Of a stretch of 64,000 bases of DNA, positions 11,219-24,420 are shown piece by piece. Source of the DNA: Hamiltosporidium tvaerminnensis FI-OER-3-3 (lineage: Eukaryota > Fungi > Microsporidia); the NCBI GenBank assembly GCA_022605425.2, contig CM061252.1, positions 248,001-312,000 of the forward strand, in the 5' to 3' direction. Position 1 is the stretch's first letter. Each line of letters begins with the position of its first letter. The position numbers were made by a program, and so were the translations under genes. The notes under the pieces were generated by a model. The model worked only from the letters and a program-made list of their open reading frames with translations, had not been told where the DNA came from and searched no databases.

Positions 11219-13248
11219 ATGAAAGACACAAGCAAGAGAGACAGTAACAGATGTAATAGTAATAGATGTAATAGTAATAGATGTAATACACCTTCTTATA
11301 ATACACCTTCTTATAATACACCATCTTATAATACACCTTCCTATAATACACCTTCTTATAATACACCTTCTTATAATACTCCATCTTATAATACACCTTC
11401 CTATAATACTCCATCTTATAATACACCATCTTATAATACTCCTTCCTATAATACTCCATCTTATAATACTCCATCTTATAATACTCCTACTATTATAACA
11501 CACCTACTACTTATAATAATAATATAATTAACAAAGGAAGGGATAAGTGTTATTGTAATAAGTGTTACAAGCCATATAAAGGGTATCATAAATTATATGA
11601 TAATAAAGGGTATGATAATAATGGGTATGATAACAATATAAACACTAATACTTATGATAACAATACAAATATCAATACAAATAACAATACAAATATCAAT
11701 ACAAATATCAATACAAATAACAATACAAATACTGTGTTATATGATAAGACAAATATTATAAAAAATAATAAAATATCTAGGAATGATAAAGAAACTGTAT
11801 TTAGTGTATTTGATAGAGTATCTATAAAAGAGGGTGTTAATATATGTAAGTGTAGTGATAAGAGTAGTATGGAGGGTAATGGAGAGTATCTGGATAACAC
11901 CTCTTGTTATGGTAGTAATAGGTATATAGATAACACCCCTTGTTATAGTAATAGGTACATAGATAACACCCCTTTAGGCAATACTAAGAATAACCCTTGT
12001 GATAACACCTCTTGTTATAGTAGTAATAGGTACATAGATAACACCCCTTTAGGCAATACTAAGAATTACCCTTGTGATAACACCTCTTGTTATAGTAGTA
12101 ATAATAGGTATATAGATAACACCCCTTTAGGTATTACTAGTAATAACCTTTGTGATAACACCCCTTGTTATAGTAATAGGTATATAGATAACACCCCTTG
12201 TTATAGTAGTAATAACCCTTGTGATAACACCCCTTTAAACATAGATACAATTAATAACCTTTATGATAACACCCCTTTAGGAAATGCTAGTAATAACCAA
12301 TGTAATAACACCCCTTTACCCCTAAAACATACTAACAATAATATTAATATTTATAGTCCTGGTTATCCTTTAATGTCTTTACCTGTTATTACAGTACAAC
12401 ATGTACAGTTGTTATATAATAAAGAAATAGAAAATACATTTTATATTTTAAAAATACAATCAGGAAATATAAATTGGTATTTACGTAAGAGTATACATCA
12501 ATTACGTGAAATATATAATTTTCCATTGTTTAAAACATCAGATAATATTGAAAAAAGACTTATGAGAAATAAAAATATTGTAAGTATTTTAAATAATTCT
12601 AATAATTATTATGAGTATGGTAAGAATAAGAATAATTATTATGAGTATGGTAAGAATAAGAATATTAATAAGAATAATAATATGAATAGTGATATTAATA
12701 AGAATAAGGATTTGAATATTGATATTAATAAGAATATGTATGAGAATGAGAATATGAATAATGATTTGAATAATAATAAGTATGATAACAATATAAATAC
12801 TATAAATACTAATAATACTAATAATACTAATAATACTAATAATACTAATAATAATAGAAACACTATAAACAAATATTTGTTTCCTTCTTTTTATTTATCA
12901 GATGTGATAAGTAAATATGAAATTTATATGAGTTTTTTGGTGGTAAAAATACGGAATAAATTTTATGTTTTTGAACCTAAAATATTAAAAAATATACTTT
13001 TGTTTGTGTGGGAGTGTAGTGTTGTAAGGGCTGTAAGTTTAGAGAATAGAGTTTATAGTGAGAGTGGGAATGAAATTGTAATTGAGAATGGAAATGAGAA
13101 TATATATGTTTATACGCAGACATATGAAGAGAAGGAGTGGTGGATGAGAAGAATAGAGGGGATAAAGAGAAGTATTAGGGGGTGGAGGGGGATGAGAAGA
13201 AAGAAAAGAATGACTAGAAGAATTCTAAATATATTTGTTAATAATTAA
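11219..13248 (+). CDS. PX-PH domain protein with repetitive N-terminus; one gene with a single frameshift near 11490
   Basis: TTTCCCTTAAAATG start; NTPSY ORF 11219-11527 overlaps a second frame open from 11482 to 13248; FYILKIQSGNINWYLRKS is PX-like and IYVYTQTYEEKEWWMRRIE resembles a PH C-terminal helix. Confidence 0.65.
11285..11488 (+). repeat. 15-bp coding minisatellite (NTPSY x ~13)
   Basis: AATACACCTTCTTAT unit and variants. Confidence 0.95.
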
Positions 13249-13280
13249 AATTTAATTTATTTAAAAATAATAAATCCAGT

Positions 13281-13986
13281 TAAAACAGTGGCAAGTGTTA
13301 TATTTGGTTCCATGACATTAACGCAGTTCTAGGTTTAACATAAATAACTGCTACCCCAAAACTCCATCAGTAACCCCTGCGATACCTACGTCCCAAAGTT
13401 TTCTATCTACCAGGTGTGTAGAACCTAATTAATAGGCGAGGCAGTTTACCGGAGTTCGTTAATGTCCGTTGCATGGTGTGTGATCGAAGGCCGAAGCCCC
13501 CCCTGGGCTCCCCCCAAGACTATGCAGCATTCCCACTTACTCTACACTTTCTGAACCCAATAAACTTCTAGCTAAGATATATTTCAGAGATTTACATGGG
13601 GTCTACCTGACAGTGCAATGTCATACCAACAGGTATAACCTGCTACTTAGCTCTCCCGGCTTTAAATGATTTTTTATTTTATATCTCCCAGGCGCTAAGT
13701 CTTCTAACCCGAGTGAGCAAGGCTAGGTTTCCATGCTTTTACATGGCAATTACCTACAATTTCGGCTGCGGTCTGCAATCGGGTTACATAAAAAACTGCA
13801 AATAAATTCGAAGAAATTGTTTTCATTTTTTAGACCTCACCTCCTCATAACAACTCCCATGGATCAACCGAAGATGTAGTGTGGTTGTATTCCCACCAAA
13901 AATCCAAACAATGATCTTCACACCAGTTTCACACACTCATTGCCAAGCAGAAAGTTTTTTGTGTGGTTATTTTCTCTCTACCACTG
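13281..13986 (-). mobile_element. ~720-bp structured non-coding SINE-like repeat, copy 1 (lacks terminal tail segment)
   Basis: Collinear with copies at 53351, 56216, 57137 and 63142; no real ORF; strand inferred from UUCG loops and G-U-compatible changes. Confidence 0.85.
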
Positions 13987-14873
13987 TATTTATAGAAAAG
14001 TTATATTTTTTTATTTTATGAATGATGATAGTTTTCAAAAAGAAAATATTCAAAAATTCCATTCTATATTATTAAGAAATATTTTTAGTTTTATAATTAT
14101 AAAAACTATGATTTCATATTTTCTTGATTTTGTTTTATTTAAAAATAATTGCATGTAGACTTGTTATAAACAATATACATGCTATTATTAGGGAACATAA
14201 GATATATTGTTTTTTGGTTATAAATTATATAAGTGATAAAGAGAAAATATATTGTGGTTTGTATTAATACCAAATTAGAAATATAATTAATATATGTAGT
14301 TACTTATTTTGAAAGTTACAAATTGGTTTTTTAGAATATATTTCTGAGGTCAGACGAAATATATGAAAAATCGTTAAAGATGGTTGTTTAAAATATTTAT
14401 ATATATAATATTTTTGTGTAGTACTAATACTTTTATGATTTATAATGTAATATGATCATTTTAATGGTTTCTAACGGTATTAAAATATTATTAACTTGTT
14501 TCATATTTTATATAAATTTAGTTGAAGCACATATGGAATTAAAAAAAATAATTTTCTACCTACTTTCACGTATTTGTAGTGGTAAAAATGAATGATAAGA
14601 ACGATATTTACATAGATATATGAGTATATAATAATGAAATAAACGAGATAAACCATCAAGTAAAATCTTTTTGTTAGATTTAAATTTGTTCTAAAATACA
14701 TTTAAGACACCAAAAAAAGACTGATTTGATTTCATAATATAATATCTTACTTTGATTGATGTTTTTTTGAGGGTAAGCCTGGGACTGGAAATCGCACACC
14801 CTTCTTGTTTATAGAATTCAGATGGGTTTGGAGTAGCGTTTCTTGGCCGGGTACGGGAAGGCGTTTTTGGGGA

Positions 14874-15184
14874 TGTGACAGAAGCCTCCATGAAAAGCCT
14901 AATCTCCCACAGAAATTTCGATTATGGTTTATTTGTTGCAAGAAAATACAAATATGCTAAGACTAAGAAAAAAGTAAAAAAAGTGAATTAAGATTTTCGT
15001 CGCTATACCTAAGATCACCAAACACAGATAGACAGTCATGCCCGTTGTGACTCAGGTATGTATCAGCGTATAAAGACTATTAATAAACACGAGAGCATCC
15101 TCCATCGCTCTCTCTCCGAGCCTACTATTGTGCGTCTTTGGCAGTTAGTTAAAAAACCTTTTTGTGTCGAATACGTGTAACGCA
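14874..15184 (+). mobile_element. Possible LTR remnant
   Basis: GC-richer island; purine run GGGGA directly before TGTGAC; TATAAA (~15069) then AATAAA (~15082); ends GTGTAACGCA; no partner LTR in the window. Confidence 0.25.
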
Positions 15185-18100
15185 TTATAATTTCGATTGT
15201 AAATATATTTATACGGTTTCTATTGGATTTTGAGGCTCATTCAAAAGGTAAGAACATCTGGTTTAGATTCTTTAGCGATATTTATTGTATCTAGCCTTTT
15301 TATGATTAAATTTTACCTTATTTCCTTTATTTTGCAACGAATTGGATAAAAACAATAGCGGAAGACAAAATAAAATATCCGTGGAAAATTACGTAAATTT
15401 TTACCAAAAAAATTACTAAAAACTGGCATATAAAATATGGAGTCTTTTAGAACAGGAAAATGTAAATACTAATTTTTAATAAAAAAATTCTGGTATTTTT
15501 TGAGCCGATAAGATCTATACAGATTTTTAAATTTTATTGATGTAATGAGAGAACGAATTTTAAAACTACAATATTAAAACGTTACAAAAAAGATTTTCGG
15601 AAACAAATAACCACAATCTAATCCGTTTTAAACGGACTTTTTAATGTATTACCATGTAAAGAGTGCAGTTTATTTACACTAAGTAATATACTTCTAACGG
15701 ATAAAATAAAATAAAAATTTGTTTCGAATATAATCTCGCAAATAATATCACTTTTTTGTTAGAAAATTTAGATTCATTTACAATTTATTAGTCTTGAACA
15801 AAGTGTTTCTCAAAGTTTATCGAATGAACTTTTTAAATTTTCTAAACAAAACTTAAATTTATTTAGAGCGATTATTTACATACACATAAATATGATTAAA
15901 TTATTGAGGAATCATTCGCGCCTAAGAGGTATGCAAATAGAAATATTCTACACTCTTCATTTTTTAAAAACTTAGCAGCATTCAATTTCTTGTGTTCAAG
16001 TGATTTAAAAATATTCTATTTTTGTGTGTTGCAATAATAAATTCTGTTTTTACTTTTATAATTGTTCAGGGGATACTTAGCTTTAATCCACTAATGTATC
16101 AAGCAATATTATTATCCCAATTATATATTAGGAATATTATTATTTATTCAGTGGTTTGTTATTTCTAATTCAATTTAAACGCAAACCTCGTTAGTAATTT
16201 CCGAATTTTGCCAGTTACCAACAATTTAGGGTTTATTCCCATCAAAAAAATCCGTGAAATATCCGATTTAAGTTCCTTTTTTTTACTTTTTGATTTTACA
16301 CAGTGCGATAATTAAAATTTTATTCCATCGATAACCTTAATTCTTGTATCTGTATTTTTCATGATTTAATACACTGTTTACTATTCTAAATACTTGTTAA
16401 ATCATGAAATATAAATTTATGCGAATTATTTTTCTAATTTTTTTCGGAAATGACAAATCAAAAGCTAGTATAATATTATTACAGATCTAATATTTTAAGC
16501 ATTTTTTCAGATATGATGTTAATAAAAAAAATTTGGATTGTCTAATAATAATATCGTATCCTGAGTTTTTTTAAAGTTTTTCAATTTATAAATTTACTAT
16601 TTCTAAAATTTGAGGCTAATACGGTTTTAAACGAATACTTTATAGATAATAACTCAAACACAATAGTTTATCAATAAATAAAATATAAAATACACATTTT
16701 TTCTAATATTTGTAATTAGTTTTTGAAATAAGGAAACTGTTTACAATTTCTTAAACTATTTTTGAAAATTCCTAACATATTTTAAAATATATATATAAGA
16801 TCTTAAATACATTTCATGAATATATTCAAATATATCCTTAGAAGTATTCTAAATAAGCTTATAATCCTATATTTATATTCTTTTTGTGTTTCTGATTCAG
16901 TTTGAAAATTTTCCCAGATTTTTAGTGTTTAAGGTTTAGATTGAAAAAATATTTTTGAACAAGAAACTGCAAAATTTAAAGAATTTTTATTTAAACTACA
17001 AAAGTTTCCCTAGCAATCAAAATATAAAGCAATTTAATAAAAATATTTTTTTGATTGAATTTTCGTAATTATTTTACGTATTTTCCAAGTAAAAGAAATT
17101 TATTTAGATTCTTAATCGTACGTATCAAGACAAAATAAATAATTTGAAACTTAAAAATTGTAACAATCTAGATTGTGTTTGGTACGTTATAAAACTTTTT
17201 TTTCACTCAATCAAATATTTTATTTCGAACGAAATCATATGAAGTTTTATTTTGAATTATGGAAACTCTTTATAACTTCACAAACAAATTTAATTTTTTT
17301 TTTAAAATTCCGTCTAGCTTATATTTTTCATAGCTAAAATAATATGTATTTGTCTATAGTGGGTTATTTTTTTATTAAATTTATCATGTATTTCCTTAGA
17401 ATCACACAATAGCGCAATAATTCAACAAACTTCAAGTTTTTTTTTATGAGGATGGAATATTTAATATCAAAACGCCATTTTAAGTATTTTTTATTTGAAA
17501 CAAAACAAGTCCAACGGTTTTCATTTAAAAAAAATATTTTATATTTAAAAATCCTGTGAAATGCGTCGAAATCAAGCAAAATACCAAGCAAGAAAATAAT
17601 TTAAAATAATATATCATGGGATCGTTTGAACATACTTTTTTAAACTTGATTAGATTCCCTAAAAACTACTTTCATGTGCTGATTTTTTTAACCTATTTAT
17701 TAAATTGAGCATATTTACCGTTGAAAATTACTGCAATTATGTATAGTCATATTATCTTATAATATTTCATTTGATTCCCATAAAAATATAATTTGTTTCT
17801 TATATTTTTTTTACCAAATAAAATATGTTTTTTTATAGTTTAGAATGTCCTCAAAAGATTTTTCGGCAAATTTTGTTGAATCTTATATTTTGATATACTT
17901 TTTTTATTAAATTTTGATATAATTATAAATTATCCACGAATTTTAATCCTATCCAGTGAGAACGTACAAGCGATTACATTATAAATACGAATATTCCGAA
18001 TATACGTTGAAAGCATATCTTAATTAAGAAAATACAGGTAAGTAATATTTAATGAGTTTTTTTGTACTTAAAAATTATAAATTCCATATTTTTTAAATTT

Positions 18101-20265
18101 TTATATTTTCACTTGCCTCTTTATATCAAGCTTATCAGAAAAAAAATCTATATCTGGAACATTAGTTGGGAAGATAGTCATAGAAATTTCTTTTTTGAAT
18201 TGATACTTTATATAATTTCTACTGAATGAATATTCAATAGTTTTTAGAAATTAAAAGTCCAAATACTTGTAAAATGAAGATCTTAAGAGAAATCAATTAA
18301 ACAACATTCGACATCTTATTATATTCCAAAATTTACATGCAGAAACACATAAGTCATTACTTTATTTTCTTCAGTTTTTTACAAAATTACACAAAAAAAT
18401 CAGAGAAGGTCTCTTTAAAATATACTTTTCTAATATAATCGTAGCTTCTTTAACATTTTATTTTAAGTCCTATATGGAAAAAAAGATATTTTTATAGCAA
18501 GAATTAAAGGTATAGCGAATTTAGAAGGATACTGGAGCAATTAATTAGAGAATTTCGGTTTTTCATAAAGATTGATATTAAAGGCAACGATAGAATAAAA
18601 TTTAAACAAAGAATAATATGAGTTTGCCTTTTTTCCTGTCACCAAATTTATTTTAGTTATGGAAAAATACCATCATTTATAAAATTCAGTAATGTCTCGA
18701 CAATGCCTACGCCGACGACGACTGACCTTGAAATGTGTAATTGGTTTAAAACTTTAATTAAACCAATATAGTGCTTTAATTAAGATATGTCTCTTTTTAT
18801 TTGTTCATAAATCTTATACAACCAATAATAGTGAGTAGAAGTGAACATAATTCAATTGAAAAGTTTCTATTGGTTCAAACAAATTGAATAAAATTCATAG
18901 ATTTTATTCTAAATTGTATTATTCATCAAGAATAACATAATAAATTTGTTTTTTTAATTTCCTAAAGTTTTCATTTTTGAAAAAAAATTTAAATCAATTG
19001 TTCTGATTTTCTTTCTTATAATTTACAATTCCTATTAAATTTTATGATAGATTGATGCTTTTGCCGTTCTTCTGTGTCCTTTATTTATATTCCCGATAAT
19101 GATTGCAGGCAACAATTTTGGCTTGAATAACTTCGTGGAACTTTATACCTGATTAAATTATTAGATTTTTCTGAAAATGGAAATAAAGTTACAGAAAAAA
19201 TAAATTAACCAAAACAACAAATCGTTAAACAACACGGGTTTTTTAGAACAAATAAATACTTCGCAAGAATAAATTTATTCGAAAAAAAGGACAGAATGAA
19301 TAGGAAGAGGTGGAAACTGAACAAAATAAATATTAAAGCCTGAGTTGAAAGTTTTGAAAAATTGAAAGTAAATATAACAGAAGACGAGAAATTTACAGGG
19401 TAAAAATCTTATATTTTTATTTAGAAATTGCTCAAAAGCGGGTAATAATTTAATTTGAAAGACCAAAAAAATATACGAGAAACATGTCAGGTGAGAAAAG
19501 AAATTCTTATTAAAAATTCAAGAAATTATAGCTCAAATATAGAAGTTAAAGAATTTTCAGAATTTTTTTCTAATAAATTTAATGAAAGTTCGTTTCTACG
19601 AGCGTACCGTCTAGTATAGAATAACCCAAATTCCTAATTAAATTGTTGTATATTTTACTCTCAAATATAATTATTTTATGTTTTTTTTTTAAAAAAATTA
19701 GCAGATATAAAGAATTTTTAACTTCTTTGGTTATTCAAGTAGATAACATTATAGCTGCTTCAAAAATTTTTTTAAAGCAAATCGAAATCCATTTTTTTCT
19801 TATGGCATTCTATTCAAAAGAACAATCTAAAATTTAAAAATAAACACTACTCTATTCTATTTCTCTACTTTTTTTGATTTTAAAATATGTTATATATTTT
19901 TAACATATATTCGTATTTAATTAATATTACTACCAATTCCTTGTTTAAAATTAAAACTATTTATAATAAATTCAAGTGAAAGAATTAGAGAAAAATTTTC
20001 AAATGCAAAAATATTCAAATTTTCTATAAGTTAGTTATATTGTGTTGTTTCAAAAAGTCAATTCACGGTTAAATATTTGTTCTATAAAAATTGTTGTTAT
20101 TTTCCAATAAATTATTAATAAGTTGTAATCTTCTCAAGTATTATCGTTGTCGGAAATAATTAGAACTTTAGATTGCCGTAGTTAGATAAATTTTAAATAT
20201 CGAAGTAATCTTATTACCATTTATAGTAATTAAATTAATATAAAAGTTAAAAAAAAAGCAACTCC

Positions 20266-22395
20266 ATGTTTTTCATTATTTTCGTTACCTCAAAAATTCT
20301 ACATTGCTAACTGGCTTGGATATTGATCCAACGATTGAAGACCTGTGTTGCATTACATTAGAACTTGAGACAAGACAAAATGATGAAACAAAGGATATTC
20401 TTTATAGCATAGATTCTAAGATAAATGAATCGGAAATGGAAAAACTGTTTCAGTTATATCTTATTATCTTGATACTGTCAAAGAAAATATGGATTCTGTT
20501 CACCATCTCTTTTTAACTCACTTTGTATGCTTTATTGTTTACTAATACATCACGAAGATACAGAAAATCAAATTTTATTCAATGCAGAGCTTTTATAATA
20601 TTGTATCAGTTACAAGGCTGTATGAATATAGCGAATGCAACAATAAGATGAAAGATATCATAAAAACAAGAATAGTTTCGCTTTTCACATCCGGTATGAA
20701 ACTATAGAAAATATAAAGAAATCCTCAAACCTTTTAGTTTAGACTTGATGAATTAGAAAAGGACTGTCTATTGATTATAAATAATATCAAATCCAGCTGT
20801 GATCTTAATAGTAACATGGATTTAAAAATAATACAAAGTAGCAAAGTCAAATTTAAAGGCTTGGTACCATATAAACATCATATAAATTATATTAAAAATG
20901 GATCTTTTGAACGAATATACTCACTTTTTTTATCTTTCAAGCTGAGTTTTCTATTAAAAAATGTCAAGATTTCTCCATTGAGCCAATTAAGTTCTCTTGA
21001 AATGATATTTTTTTTGATGATATATTTTATACTGGGATTCAGCACCTTAATTCTTCATTACCATCACATATATATTTAAAATCTGATCGAGGAACCTACA
21101 AAGATTTTTAATGTTCAAAACCCTAAATTGATAGAATTTTAAATAAATCCTCAAGTTTTGATTCGGTTTTCAAATTCTATGAAGAAACATTTTTTAATAC
21201 AACTGCCGATGTTTCTAAGAAATTTCCTAAATATCTTTTAGAATTTTTTATAGCAGAATCGTATGTCGATCAAATCAATTTGATCTATAGTTTCTTAAAT
21301 GATATATCCAAACCCGAATTTTACGAAGAAATCCTTATAGTGCTTGATCTAAAATACTCTGGTTTTGACCAAGGAATATCCAATAGAGAAACATTTTTGC
21401 GCATTATCCTAGAATGCATGTTTTTTACAACTATTTTAAGCACCGAAAGGCACAATTTGAATAGATTTTATTCAAAAATGTCATATGAATACGATCTATA
21501 TAACTTTTTTAAGAAAACTTAGAGGTCAGAAATATCGAAATCCCCATAGTTAGTCATATAGAGACGCGAATGCGTAGATACATTCCCGAGACATTATATT
21601 TTCTTGATAGTTTGGTATTAATATTCGATTTCGCAAATTCCACTTTAATCAACAAAATAATGGAATTTTTTTTCATAGATCTATGAAACTAAAAAAGATA
21701 ATTTTTCTAGGTATCCACAAAAGTTTAAAATCTTATTTAAAAATTCTCGTGAATAGAGAAGTAAATGAGGAAATTGGCTCAGCGCCTGTACATAAACCCG
21801 AGGATATATCGGAACTTGAATCTATGCACTAATCCACAGCTGTATCTGAAACAAAAACCACACATGAACCTATTTCTAAGTCTATACCAGAATCTAGTAC
21901 ACTGCACAAGCCTATTCCTAAATCTATACCAGAATCTAGTACAGTACACAAGCCTATTCCCAAATATATACCAGAATTTAATACAGTACATGAACATATT
22001 CCTCAGACCATACCCGAAACAACCCCTGCAACCGTTCCTCTACCAGTATTTGATAAAAAAATTTAAGAAAGTCGCCTAAAAATCAAAATCAAAAGCTGCC
22101 TTTAAGTTCTCTACATATAAAACCAGAAAACTCTCTACAAAGACCGTCTAATCTAAAACCTAAGAAGGAAAACAATGTAAATAAACGCGAAAATATAACT
22201 AGAAAAGATGAAGATAAAAATCAAGAAACACAAAAGTTAAATCCACCAAAAAAGAGACACAATCTAATGCATCAGCAGAAAAGAACAAGAATAAAAATAA
22301 CACCTCGAAAATTTTTTATAGTGACATTGGTTCTTAGTTCGATAATTGGCATATCTGCTATCTGATATTGGATTTATCTCTCGCGAAAAGTTTAA
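20266..22395 (+). pseudogene. Decayed secreted/membrane-anchored protein gene
   Basis: Hydrophobic start MFFIIFVTSKFYIA; successive broken ORFs (20304, 20771, 21280); 42-bp repeats encoding PI(S/P)KSIPESST(L/V)HK; Lys-rich linker then KIFIVTLVLSSIIGISAI*YWIYLSRKV* TM-like end. Confidence 0.6.
21868..22000 (+). repeat. 42-bp tandem repeat x3
   Basis: CCTATT(T/C)C(T/C)AA.T.TATACCAGAAT.TA.TACA.T.CA.AAG. Confidence 0.85.
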
Positions 22396-24420
22396 AATAT
22401 TGTTTGTTTTATATTTTTAAAAAAAGAAACGAAACAATGATCCAGTCTTTCTTATATTAAATTACTTCCAAACCTACAACATTTTGGGGTTTTCATGGAA
22501 TTTTGCAGCTTTTTTCAATTGCAATTTTTTTCTTATCCTCATAGCAAACCTTTCAAAAAATAAATGGTATTTTTGGTCTGGCAATTCATTTTAGGTTAAT
22601 CTTATGATCGAAATATTTTATTTATTCTTTTGTAATTCAAATTTTTGTTAAGTATAATACACGGATTTTTTTTCAAATTTCAGTTTATGAGTGACGGTTA
22701 TATCGGAATAGAAAAAAACACCAAATAATATCTTACAAATCTTAAATACACTTGTATACATTCTAAGTCACGCCATTATATAAACTTTTTGTTATTATGC
22801 AAATATTACTTATGATGCGTCTTGAATTTGAACATATTTTCTTATAAAAGTAAACTGTGTGTTATTAGTATGAGTTATACGACCATGAATATTGTCAGTG
22901 AGTAACCAATATATCAAAGACAACTTGAATAAAAAAATTTAAGATGCTTTATATACCCCAAACTACGCCAATATAGATTTCTTAACGTATAGCATAATTG
23001 ATTAGCTCATTGAAATTTTCGGGTAAGAAACCTTCTATATATGGTTTGCTAAAAAGATAAATATTCTATATACTTCGTTATTTAAATAAAAATAAACTGG
23101 GTATATCTTGTATATAAACCAAATATATTATTACGCAAAGTAAATATAGGATATTTCCAGTAATTATATTTCTATACTAAGAAATATAGTGAATATAAAG
23201 AGTTTGTTGAGCCTAGAAAAAGGCATACAGTTATTATATAATGAAATTTACATTACTCTTGGTAAATGTATCAGCAGAAATAAGAAGACATGTTCGAGTC
23301 TATTCCATGTCTACAAAAGAAATATTTACACTAAGTCCTAGAACAAGACGGTATATTAATCTACTCAGATAAATATATTGATTCAAATAAATTCTTTACA
23401 TAGTCCATTTGATTATGTTTCTTGAATTTTAGACTTTTTTATTCTGAAAAAATATAAATAGGAAAAATTAAAAAACATTTTAAGAGAGAAAATAAAAAGT
23501 AAATCCGAAAGACACAATCTTTAAAGATATAAACTGTATAAATTGAAACCAAACTTTTTAATTATTTGTGTTTTTGTCGAGGTTAGAGACTCAATTAGAA
23601 TTATGCTTATTTATACAATTTTTCCGAACAGTTTTCTGTTTGGTGTTGCATTCTAATAAATAGCTATCATTGTCATTTTAGGCAGAAGCTTTTCCTTATA
23701 AAAAATAACGATTAATCTTTTTGATCTTTTTAGTTATATAGCCTTCTTTCTTTAGTGACCCTGTATAATTGGGAATAAATTTTAAAAAAAAGAAGTGTAT
23801 TTTCGCTTTTTGTATACCACGAGACGTTAGACTCCAATGAAGGGCAGAGGGAAATAAAAAAAATTGGGGCGGAATTTCTATTTACTTTTAAACAACGAAT
23901 TTGTTATAATTTTATTTTTAAATAAAATCATCTTAAATATATCTATTTTATTTAATATAAACTTCTAATAACTTAAAAAACACAACTTCGAGTGTTAATC
24001 AAAGATTTTCTTCCTAAAAATAAACTCTTAACTGTAATCATATAAGTTGAGTTATTGTTGAGAAAATGTTGTTTTAAACCTTTTATGATTTATAAAGGAT
24101 ACCAAAATTAAGAACTATGAGGTTTGCCACGAGGGCCTATAATTGTGTTAAAAGCCTTGATTCTATGTTGCTAGGGGATAACGACATTACATCTTTAGTC
24201 CAATCTCCCGTAATCCGAGTTATAACAGTTAAAAAACCAAATGGAAAACTTTCAATTTTTTATCATCGACACCTAGAGTTAAAATATAAATGGAAAAAGT
24301 ATGTAAGAAAGAAGGAAACAACTTAAAAGCAAAAATATAAAAAAACAAAAGCCGTGAGCAATGTGAAACTAGTCTAGGAAAGAAAAAATATATGTAATTT
24401 GGATATTAAAATCAACGTTA

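Noticed and set aside
13286-13986. CAGTGG...CCACTG terminal inverted repeats suggesting a Tc1/hAT MITE
   Set aside because: Only 6 bp and only in copy 1; other copies extend further at one end and lack them; no TA or 8-bp TSD
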